Virus record (IMG/VR): IMGVR_UViG_3300023184_005208
Span: 2,675-66,674 of that record
Direction: 5' to 3' (one strand)
Length of the DNA: 64,000 nucleotides
Source: a virus
The position numbers and the translations under genes were made by a program. Numbering within the stretch: the stretch's first letter is position 1; each line of letters opens with the position of its first letter. This document shows, piece after piece, positions 20,334-28,812 of the stretch. The notes under the pieces were generated by a model. It had not been told where the DNA came from and made no database searches. It saw only the letters and a program-made list of their open reading frames with translations.

Positions 20334-21862
20334 TGGGTAATAATTTATTTTATCAATGTTTAGTATTAGACACCAATGACCCTTTAATGTTGGGTAGAAT
20401 TAGAGGTACTCTAATAACAGACAACTATGCAGATATTATCAGAAGCTTTGACGACCCACCATGGGATGAAGTAAAAGATGCGTGGACTGAAAGAGACCCT
20501 TTTATCTTCAATCCTTTATTGCCATATTTTATTTACCAAGTACCAAAAGTAAAAGAATTAGTACAGATTATGTATTTGAATAATGATTTCAAATATCAGA
20601 ACCAATACTATGTTCAAAATACTTTCTATTCACCAACTTCATCGTTCTTTCAATTTAATGAGGGTGGTAATAAGTTTACGGGTACGGGTATGCAAATAAA
20701 AAGCCCAAAACCTCTTAAAGAAAAAACAAGTGGTATATTAACTGAAAAGGGTGTTCATAAAGGTGTATTCCCTGAACCAGGTGATAATGCCATTTTAGGT
20801 AGAGGTAGTGCCGATTTAATTGTTAAAGAAAATGAAGTCTTATTAAGAGCCGGTAAATTCCAAGGAGAATCTCTTCAGCCAAATATAGTTCCTGTTGCAA
20901 ACCAGCAAAGAGGATATCTTCAACTTACAAGATTCCCAAGTGTTAAAATTCCATTGGAACCTAAGAAGTATATTGAGATTGAAGAAAAAGTTTTATTGGT
21001 GAAATACCTAATGGAATGGACAATTATCAATCCTGAAAACGCTGAAGACAAATTTGCCGGCACAGTTTATCTATATCAACTTAAACCTGACATTTCGATA
21101 AACACACAAAATTTAACATTAGGTGCGCCTATTAATGAAAATTTAAAAGTATTGGTGGCAACTGAAGAATTTTTTGGGTTAAGCACTGTTGAAACAGTTA
21201 ATTTTATTAATCTGTTTATACAAGCATGTAATAGTAAATTTATTACCAAATCAGGGACTCAATTATTCTCATCTCAAACAACGGATAGATTTCCAATTTT
21301 TTACAGACCAAATAATTTAACATATTCTTACATCAACCCTTCATCAAATAGAAATACTAAAAGCCAAGAATTTACCAATATTTCAAATATCTTTTCAAAG
21401 ATAAAATTGAATCCGCCACTTAAACAAGCTGGTTACGGATTGATTTATAAATTAGATACTGTTGGTACCCCAATGGATACAAAGACAGTTATAGTTCCCC
21501 AATCAAAATATTTCCCCAACCCACAAACATTTGGTGCACTTGGTGCGGATAAGGTATTCTTATTGTCCAATCAAACGGCAATACCGGGAAAGAGAAAGAT
21601 TAATTTTGACGATACGTTATATGGTATTTCAAACGATAAGTTCTCTGACGATATTATTCCAAACACATCGAGCATGGTTAGAGGTGAGGAGTTATTAGAA
21701 TTGATTAATTTGATTACAAGATTCTTATTAACACACACTCACGCATATCCTGGATTACCTCCAGTTCCCGTTACACAAGACGGAACATCATCCACAGATA
21801 TACTCACAGAACTACAAAATGCGGTGACAAAAGTTTTAAATGAGAATATCCGTCTTAATTGA
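20333..21862 (+). CDS. baseplate hub/central spike (gp5/VgrG-like)
   Basis: N-terminal DTNDPLMLGRIR OB-fold motif; C-terminal THTHAYPG (HxH apex motif). Confidence 0.7.
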   Translation: MGNNLFYQCLVLDTNDPLMLGRIRGTLITDNYADIIRSFDDPPWDEVKDAWTERDPFIFNPLLPYFIYQVPKVKELVQIMYLNNDFKYQNQYYVQNTFYSPTSSFFQFNEGGNKFTGTGMQIKSPKPLKEKTSGILTEKGVHKGVFPEPGDNAILGRGSADLIVKENEVLLRAGKFQGESLQPNIVPVANQQRGYLQLTRFPSVKIPLEPKKYIEIEEKVLLVKYLMEWTIINPENAEDKFAGTVYLYQLKPDISINTQNLTLGAPINENLKVLVATEEFFGLSTVETVNFINLFIQACNSKFITKSGTQLFSSQTTDRFPIFYRPNNLTYSYINPSSNRNTKSQEFTNISNIFSKIKLNPPLKQAGYGLIYKLDTVGTPMDTKTVIVPQSKYFPNPQTFGALGADKVFLLSNQTAIPGKRKINFDDTLYGISNDKFSDDIIPNTSSMVRGEELLELINLITRFLLTHTHAYPGLPPVPVTQDGTSSTDILTELQNAVTKVLNENIRLN

Positions 21863-21882
21863 TATTTATTGAAAAAGATTAA

Positions 21883-24213
21883 ATGTCAATTTTAAGGTCA
21901 TACATAGATAAGAATAATACCATTACATCAAACTCATATGTAAACACAGCGAGAAATCCAGTTGTGGAACTGAATTTTGGTGCATCGGATTATGTAATTC
22001 CGAACTACGGATACACAAGATACATCTTCGATTTAGACTTGGTTCAACTGAGACAAGACATTGCATCAGGAGTTATATCAACAGGATGTACTTCAGCAAT
22101 GACCCATACTCTTCAAATGACCAACACGTCTTCATTTGATAATGAATTACTTAATACTTTTATGTCCAATGAAAGAAGAAGAGCAACTTCATTCGACTTA
22201 ATTTTATTCAGAATACCTGAAAGTTGTAATCCAGTTCCCGCACAATCATCATATACTCAAACAGTAAAATATACTTATCCAAATGCAGTATTTGCCGAAA
22301 CATGGGGAACATACACAACAGGATTTATTGCATCTCAAGGATATAGTTCAGATAATATAATATATGCAGAAGGAATTTGTTCTGATGATGTTGACGGACC
22401 AACATTTACAGGTGTAAATAATATTGGTGAATTTCCTGAATCAATGAATACATTTCTTGGGCCATTTATGTCTGGAGGATTAGCGGGTTATCCGTTTGTT
22501 GGAAGTGTTGGTTTAGGAGCATGGGCAAGCCATGTTACAAATACAGGAACATTGTTTATTTCAAGTATGCCACACATAGGAATTACCGAAGATGGAGATG
22601 TTGGTTACATGTATCGTAGAGGTCAAGGAAATTATCTTTCAAATACTTGTGGAGCCGTTGCTGGAGCTGTTAATTGGGTTACAGGTTCAACTCAAGCTCC
22701 AGAATATACTGGTTTTACTGAAGGAGGGAATTACGAATTTTATACACTTACAAATATATTATGGGAATATAAATCTACTTTAACAGGTATGACTTATGGT
22801 CAACAAATGAAATTTGCAACAGATACTATTAGAGATGCTGCAGAACAATTTATTATTGAAAACTTACCGTCTTCAGTTACCGCACAAACATCTAATAATG
22901 TTTATTTTTGTAATGGTATTTTTATTAATACCGATGATGGTAGCGAAGCTTATGTCGATATTAATAGATTTAAAAGATATAATACAAGCGCAAATACATG
23001 GACAGATTTAACTTCAATATATTTAAGTGGATTAACCGCAGCAACTCCAGTACAAACATGTATCTCAAATCCACAATTTTGGGATGAGGGTGTAGGTTAT
23101 GATTATAATGATTTTAACATTGCCAAGAATAGTGCCATAGGTGGTTCAGTACCACTTACTTATGTGGATAGCAGAGCCTTCTCAACAAGACCTTCAAACT
23201 GGTATCAAACAACAACAATAGATGAATGGTCACAACCAGGAATCTACAACAACAAAAATGAAGGGTTGGTTAACTTTTCAGGTTTAACTATTGTTGCAAG
23301 ACAACACTTTGATTTAGGAAACGAAGACCTTGATATGGATATGACTGATGAGATTAATGGTATCCTTGACGGTTCTATCACTGGCGTTACAGGGTGGGGT
23401 TTGGCTTACTTACCTCAGATTGAAAACATAACAGGTTTAACTGACAGTTATAGTGTAGCATTTTTCTCAAAATACACACAAACATTCTATCAACCATACC
23501 TATTAACAAACTATGATGACTTAATTAAAGATGATAGAAATCAATTTTTAAAAAACCAAGTTAATAAATTATACCTTTATGTTTATCAAAATGGTGATTT
23601 GGTTAATTTAGACATGGACCCTTATGTTAGAATCGAAGATGCTAATGGTTTGGCATTATCAGGAATGAGTTCATTATCAACTTGTTTAAGAACTAAAGGT
23701 GTTTATGAAGTTGTCGTACCTAATGGATTTTCAGGGTATCCAACCCCTTGTATGTTCTATGATGTTTGGTCAGGATTGACTATCAATGGAGAATGTATTC
23801 CAAACATACAAAATCAATTCATATTACAACCATATAAAGCAGGTATTCAAATTGGAACTGTGTCTCAAGAACCTGAAATATTTGGATTTAATTTCTATGG
23901 TATACAGCAGAACGAACAAATTTTAAATAGTGATATTAGAAAAGTTGGTGTTACGATTAAACAAGCTTATACAGGTCAACAAGTTCTTTTAAACGTTTCA
24001 TCTTTTTATAGGGTATATGTTAAAGAAGGAACTACCGAAGTTCAAGTTCAAGATTGGACTCCATTAAACAGAACACCAAATCAATATTATTTTATATTTG
24101 ACATGAGAGATAAGATTCCAAACCAATATTATGTTGATATTCAAGTGAATAGTAGCGGTACTAAAGATACTTATAAACAACAATTAACATTTAACATCGT
24201 AAATAAAAAATGA
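21883..24213 (+). CDS. probable virion structural protein with an inserted LCIB/theta-carbonic-anhydrase-like domain
   Basis: Flanks look like phage structural protein (WDEGVGYDY, T/S-G rich); residues ~125-370 contain ICSDD, GGLAGYPFVG..G..A.ASH, PHIGI..G..G...RRGQ, TCGA. Confidence 0.75.
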   Translation: MSILRSYIDKNNTITSNSYVNTARNPVVELNFGASDYVIPNYGYTRYIFDLDLVQLRQDIASGVISTGCTSAMTHTLQMTNTSSFDNELLNTFMSNERRRATSFDLILFRIPESCNPVPAQSSYTQTVKYTYPNAVFAETWGTYTTGFIASQGYSSDNIIYAEGICSDDVDGPTFTGVNNIGEFPESMNTFLGPFMSGGLAGYPFVGSVGLGAWASHVTNTGTLFISSMPHIGITEDGDVGYMYRRGQGNYLSNTCGAVAGAVNWVTGSTQAPEYTGFTEGGNYEFYTLTNILWEYKSTLTGMTYGQQMKFATDTIRDAAEQFIIENLPSSVTAQTSNNVYFCNGIFINTDDGSEAYVDINRFKRYNTSANTWTDLTSIYLSGLTAATPVQTCISNPQFWDEGVGYDYNDFNIAKNSAIGGSVPLTYVDSRAFSTRPSNWYQTTTIDEWSQPGIYNNKNEGLVNFSGLTIVARQHFDLGNEDLDMDMTDEINGILDGSITGVTGWGLAYLPQIENITGLTDSYSVAFFSKYTQTFYQPYLLTNYDDLIKDDRNQFLKNQVNKLYLYVYQNGDLVNLDMDPYVRIEDANGLALSGMSSLSTCLRTKGVYEVVVPNGFSGYPTPCMFYDVWSGLTINGECIPNIQNQFILQPYKAGIQIGTVSQEPEIFGFNFYGIQQNEQILNSDIRKVGVTIKQAYTGQQVLLNVSSFYRVYVKEGTTEVQVQDWTPLNRTPNQYYFIFDMRDKIPNQYYVDIQVNSSGTKDTYKQQLTFNIVNKK

Positions 24214-24689
24214 GTAAAGTAATTAAACTAACAGAAAAAGACATCAACCTTTTAGTAAAAAAGGTTTTAAAAGAGCAAGAACAAGTAAACTATATGTTCT
24301 TCAGTAATTTAGAGCAAATAAAAAGACAATGTGAAATGATGTTGGAAATGGATGCAAACATGCTTGACGATATCATTCAGAATGGTCACGATTGGGCGGA
24401 TGACCATATTACCGAAGCCAAAACTAACATTGACCAAGTTTTTGATTTCTTCAAAAATAAAATGAGTGAAGAATCTGAATATGTTGATTATGAAGATGTA
24501 GAAGAAAATTCATTATCTGAAGGTAGAAAAAAAACAGGAACAAAACTTTGTGCAAGAGGTAAAGCAGCCGCTAAATCAAAATTTAAAGTTTGGCCCTCCG
24601 CATATGGAAATGGGTTTGCCGTTCAAGTATGTCAAGGCAAAATAAAAGGATTAGACGGAAAAAAACATTGTTCAGGCGCATATTGTTAA
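24210..24689 (+). CDS. hypothetical protein, probable head-packaged
   Basis: MSKVIKLTE..I..LVKKVLKE propeptide-like start; basic C-terminal Cys module. Confidence 0.7.
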   Translation: MSKVIKLTEKDINLLVKKVLKEQEQVNYMFFSNLEQIKRQCEMMLEMDANMLDDIIQNGHDWADDHITEAKTNIDQVFDFFKNKMSEESEYVDYEDVEENSLSEGRKKTGTKLCARGKAAAKSKFKVWPSAYGNGFAVQVCQGKIKGLDGKKHCSGAYC

Positions 24690-24716
24690 TTCAAGAAAGT
24701 TATTTATATTTGTGGT

Positions 24717-25118
24717 ATGAACCCAAATGAAAATTCAGGAATTTTATTTAGAATATTTTTATATCTAAAAAACAAATTTGACCCAAAACCTCCTGTTGCT
24801 GAAGAAGTCCAAACATGTACTCAAATTTTATTAAAGGTATTAGATTACGAGAATACCGAGTTAACATACACACCTGTATCCAATAAAAGATTTATTGTTA
24901 ATGATGAGAGAGGTATGGCAATTACTATTGAAAATAGAGTTGTTCACATCATTAATCACATATACAGTTATAGCATATACATGGAGGATAACGATTGTTA
25001 TGGAAAAATTTTGAAAAAATTTGACGAAGTTTCTGAAAAGAAAAAAAGTGAATTAGAAGAAAAAATTACAACTAATATCAAACATTCATTAAATAAAATT
25101 TTAGAGGGACTCTCTTAA
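24717..25118 (+). CDS. hypothetical protein
   Basis: 133-aa ORF behind TATATTTG (24705-24712). Confidence 0.65.
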   Translation: MNPNENSGILFRIFLYLKNKFDPKPPVAEEVQTCTQILLKVLDYENTELTYTPVSNKRFIVNDERGMAITIENRVVHIINHIYSYSIYMEDNDCYGKILKKFDEVSEKKKSELEEKITTNIKHSLNKILEGLS

Positions 25119-25802
25119 CACTTTTCTAATCAAATCTTTTATTGATTCGTTCTTAGGTTCATAATGAGTCATCTTAGGCTTATTACCCGTACCTGATTTT
25201 GAATGCGTTTTCTCAGCTTTTCTTTTTTGTTGACAAGCAGATTTTTTTTGTGAGGCAGACATTTTAGATGCAACACCAACACCTCTACATTTTGGATAAC
25301 CCTTATCACTGGCTTCAGGTCTTCCACAAGGAGGGTGTTTACCATTTTTATCTTTACGGCAAATATTAACCCATGGACCTGCAGGTTGTTTACTACCTTT
25401 TGGTTTTTTCTTAGTACCAAACCACACAGCCAAATCCTCTTTCAGAAAATCTTCTTTAATTGGTCCTACAGCTTGTTTTATAACTTTTTCAGGACTTTCA
25501 ACATCGGCAATATTACTACCATCCTCGTCATTTTGACCTGTATAAAATTGTTTTAAATATTGGTCTAATTTAGATAATTTTTCAGTTCTTTTTTCAATCT
25601 TGGCTCTTTGTTTAGGAGTTTCTTTAAAATCACCATCAGCCTCCTCATATGCCAGTTCTGCATTAATATAATCATATACGGGAATATTAAAAGGCGCTAA
25701 TTGGTTTTCTTCCCAATATTCAGGTGCTAACACAATAGGAACTTTAAAATGTCCCGATGAACCTGCACCCGTTGCTTCTTTTATTTGTTTTTTAGTAATC
25801 AT
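25101..25802 (-). CDS. hypothetical protein with basic Cys-containing C-terminal module
   Basis: ATG at 25802 (MITKKQIKE); W..IC...PCGR...YPKCR module. Confidence 0.7.
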   Translation of the reverse strand: MITKKQIKEATGAGSSGHFKVPIVLAPEYWEENQLAPFNIPVYDYINAELAYEEADGDFKETPKQRAKIEKRTEKLSKLDQYLKQFYTGQNDEDGSNIADVESPEKVIKQAVGPIKEDFLKEDLAVWFGTKKKPKGSKQPAGPWVNICRKDKNGKHPPCGRPEASDKGYPKCRGVGVASKMSASQKKSACQQKRKAEKTHSKSGTGNKPKMTHYEPKNESIKDLIRKVLRESL

Positions 25803-25830
25803 GATTATCTTAGTATAAATATCTAACATT

Positions 25831-26043
25831 ATGAATATAGAACAAGGGGAATTTCTTTTTGAATCAATTAAATATCAAAGTCCTGAAGATGTTGAAAAAT
25901 TCATCGAATCAATAGACACGGCTCAGTCTTTCTATGTTTTAACTAAGGCGTTAGAACTGGCTTACTCCAGAGGGGTCTATTCTCTTCAAGAATCGGAGAT
26001 ATTATCCAAGTCAATAAGAATACTCACAAAAAACTTAAAGTAA
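25831..26043 (+). CDS. small hypothetical protein
   Basis: 70-aa ORF followed by a terminator. Confidence 0.65.
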   Translation: MNIEQGEFLFESIKYQSPEDVEKFIESIDTAQSFYVLTKALELAYSRGVYSLQESEILSKSIRILTKNLK

Positions 26044-26044
26044 T

Positions 26045-26074
26045 AAAAAAAGGACCTCACGGGGTCCTTTTTTT
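26045..26074. terminator. bidirectional intrinsic terminator
   Basis: A-tract-GGACCTC-ACG-GGGTCC-T-tract between convergent genes. Confidence 0.85.
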
Positions 26075-26077
26075 ATT

Positions 26078-26917
26078 TTATAATTTATTTCCACAAGACG
26101 GACAGAACTTATAGTTTGATTTCATCTTGGTTCCACATTCTGTACAATATTGTCTGATTTCTTCAACATTAATATTTTTTGTACTCGTTGGTTGAATCTT
26201 AAATTTAATTGTGTGAGATGTGTGATAATAAAATTGTTCATATGAGTTGGTGAAAGTTTGATTAGATTGTTTACCCTTTTCAATCCTACCTGTTTCAATT
26301 GACTTACTTTTCTTCTTTAGTGAATTAGGTTTACCACTCAACAACGTTTTTGATGTGTCAAATTTACTTCTAAAAGTATCTGAACTAACAGAACTTGTAA
26401 AAATCGCATTTGAAGTATTGTAAGTTGTTGTAGTTGTATTATATCCCACTCCTCCTGTGGTACTAATTGTTGTACCAAATTGTGGAATATAATCATTAGT
26501 ACGACTTCCATAAACTATACCACTACCATAGTTAGTTCTATTAGAAATAAGAAAATTATTATTAACTTCTTGTTCATCGTAGAACTCAACTAATACATCC
26601 CCATTTAAATCAATTGCAGACCTATTTTCAGACGTGTCTTTTACTTTATAGGTACTGAACTCAAACTTGTTATTAGAGTCAAGGAAACGTTCTAGAAACA
26701 CTCTCTGACCTGGTCTTAATACAACACCACTTGTGGAAATGTATTCACCATTCAATTTGATTTTACAGAGAACCGATTTTTGTTTTGGATTATGGATTTC
26801 GAATTCGAAGTTGTCTTTATCGTTAAGGAAGACAACGTGTCCATTATAGACTTTTAAACGGGACTTTTTCTTTGTGATGTGCGCAGTCGGTTTGCCCACT
26901 TGTGTTGCGTAATTCAT
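26078..26917 (-). CDS. hypothetical protein with C-terminal zinc ribbon
   Basis: YCTECG...KFCPSCG. Confidence 0.75.
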   Translation of the reverse strand: MNYATQVGKPTAHITKKKSRLKVYNGHVVFLNDKDNFEFEIHNPKQKSVLCKIKLNGEYISTSGVVLRPGQRVFLERFLDSNNKFEFSTYKVKDTSENRSAIDLNGDVLVEFYDEQEVNNNFLISNRTNYGSGIVYGSRTNDYIPQFGTTISTTGGVGYNTTTTTYNTSNAIFTSSVSSDTFRSKFDTSKTLLSGKPNSLKKKSKSIETGRIEKGKQSNQTFTNSYEQFYYHTSHTIKFKIQPTSTKNINVEEIRQYCTECGTKMKSNYKFCPSCGNKL

Positions 26918-27042
26918 GTTTTTTAATTTTATATTAGCTTATGACTACGTTACCAATACCTTTATATCCGTGAATACTCTACAGCTTGTTATGGCTGGGG
27001 ACTGATAAACTAAAATCTAAAAATAATTATACAAAAAAATAT

Positions 27043-27074
27043 TTTGTAGAAAACAAACTTTTTTATTATCTTTG
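27043..27074 (+). promoter_or_regulatory. Bacteroidota sigmaA-type promoter
   Basis: TTTG-N20-TATCTTTG upstream of ATG 27089. Confidence 0.7.
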
Positions 27075-27088
27075 TAAAAAATACAAAA

Positions 27089-27469
27089 ATGGGAAAATTT
27101 TTAATATACTTGTTTGTTTTGTTATTGTCATTAAAATCATATGGACAAAAAGTAGTATATGTTCTTGGACAGGATGACAAATCAAAAATTACCATGATGA
27201 CATCTGAGGAACTTTGGATGTATGCTGAATGTATTACCGCAATCGGTAAAGAAAAAGAAATTCTCAATTGGGCATCTGAAGATATTTGTAATTTAATAAG
27301 AAAGAACCCAACACATTTCAATTCTCAAGTAGTATCCATTGATTCTAAACAACAAAGATTGAACATCAGACCTCAAAAAGGAGAAACAAACTTAGGTTCT
27401 GAAAAATTAGTTTTAATCATTAAACGTGATAAAAAGAATTCTATAATAAATTTGTTAGTACTTTATTGA
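27089..27469 (+). CDS. secreted hypothetical protein
   Basis: N-terminal signal peptide ending SYG/Q. Confidence 0.65.
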   Translation: MGKFLIYLFVLLLSLKSYGQKVVYVLGQDDKSKITMMTSEELWMYAECITAIGKEKEILNWASEDICNLIRKNPTHFNSQVVSIDSKQQRLNIRPQKGETNLGSEKLVLIIKRDKKNSIINLLVLY

Positions 27470-28743
27470 TTACCCTTACTCTTCTTATACTGCTCTAATT
27501 CTTTTTGTCGAGAATTTCCGACGCCGTGGAGATTTGCAAACTCTGTCCAAGGTTTATTATTGTATGCTTTGTAGTTTCTAAACAACTCGAGTTGGTCGTT
27601 TGGAATTCGTAGAATGCCATCTCCCCCAACAAATTTGTACAACTCATATATTGTATCAATTGAATAATTTGAACTAGCATCCAATTTCAATTTAAATGGT
27701 TGAACTCTTGGTTTTGGTTCTTCTCCCTTAGGATTATCAGCTCCAGCTGTAGTTATAGGTTCACCACATTTAGTTAATTTTAATAATGTTACTGGTGGGT
27801 TAGCATTTGACATTCTTTTACCTCCTGTAGTAATAAATGTTCCTGGTAATAAAACTTGACCATTATCACTAACTATGGTAATATGTGCTGGGTCACTATG
27901 ACAATCCCTCAACGCACAGTTGTATGTTATAATAATTTCTTCAGGATTTTTTTCCAATATTTGTTGTTTTTGTTGAGCACTTACAACAAGTTTGAAACTT
28001 ACAGATGGACCACTAACTTCTCGGCCATAAAAATTATTTAAATTAATTTGTGGGTCACCTTTTTCATTTGTTAAAAGTATTCCGTTAGCCCACATGTTAA
28101 ACACTGCGTCATTACATTTATGACACTTTCTTTCATCAACATTTGGTATACACCATTCTTGTCTATAATCAACAAGAACACTAAAACCTAATTCACAAAT
28201 TTCTTTTTCATTTTCTCCGCTACCAACTATATTAAAACTAACGTATTGGTATTGAGTATATTTTGGGTCGTTTGCTAAATTTTTGATTTGTTCAGGTGTT
28301 GCATTTTTTTGACGATTCCATTCAGGTCCTTGCGCACCTAAATTTTTCATTTCAACAGTAATGTTTGCAGGTAATTTAGATGCCAGATAATTTTTCATTT
28401 CTTGACCTCTCAATTCAGATAACTGTCCAGATTCCAAACCAACTCCTCTATTCGGAACTTTTGATTCTGAAGACTCTATTTCTAATTTTATTTGTTGGTT
28501 CTTTGGAAAATTTTTTACATAGTCCAATAATTGTTGAACGACACCATCCACTTCAGCCTTGTTGAATTCCTTATACTTACCACTCGGGAAAGTATTATTT
28601 GGTAGAGTGAACTTCTTCGGTTCTAATTTATCTACAACAATTTTTTGTTCATTAACCAAATATTGATTTTTTGTTGCACTTTCATGCATCATCAATATTC
28701 TTTTTGCTTCGTCTGTAGAAATATTCCAATTTTGCTTAATCAT
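27463..28743 (-). CDS. hypothetical protein, probable head-packaged
   Basis: RILMMHE...YLVNEQ propeptide-like start; TATTTAT 4 nt upstream. Confidence 0.7.
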   Translation of the reverse strand: MIKQNWNISTDEAKRILMMHESATKNQYLVNEQKIVVDKLEPKKFTLPNNTFPSGKYKEFNKAEVDGVVQQLLDYVKNFPKNQQIKLEIESSESKVPNRGVGLESGQLSELRGQEMKNYLASKLPANITVEMKNLGAQGPEWNRQKNATPEQIKNLANDPKYTQYQYVSFNIVGSGENEKEICELGFSVLVDYRQEWCIPNVDERKCHKCNDAVFNMWANGILLTNEKGDPQINLNNFYGREVSGPSVSFKLVVSAQQKQQILEKNPEEIIITYNCALRDCHSDPAHITIVSDNGQVLLPGTFITTGGKRMSNANPPVTLLKLTKCGEPITTAGADNPKGEEPKPRVQPFKLKLDASSNYSIDTIYELYKFVGGDGILRIPNDQLELFRNYKAYNNKPWTEFANLHGVGNSRQKELEQYKKSKGNQ

Positions 28744-28764
28744 AGTAATAAATATATTGAGCAT

Positions 28765-28794
28765 AAAAAAAGGTCCCTTGTGAGGACCTTTTTT
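28765..28794. terminator. intrinsic terminator downstream of major capsid gene
   Basis: A7-GGTCCCT-TGTG-AGGACC-T6 inverted repeat. Confidence 0.85.
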
Positions 28795-28812
28795 GTATTT
28801 TTAAAGAATAGA

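Noticed and set aside
21883-24213. Intein explanation for the internal insert
   Set aside because: No C-terminal HN/C splice motif or LAGLIDADG blocks; the insert instead carries LCIB-type motifs
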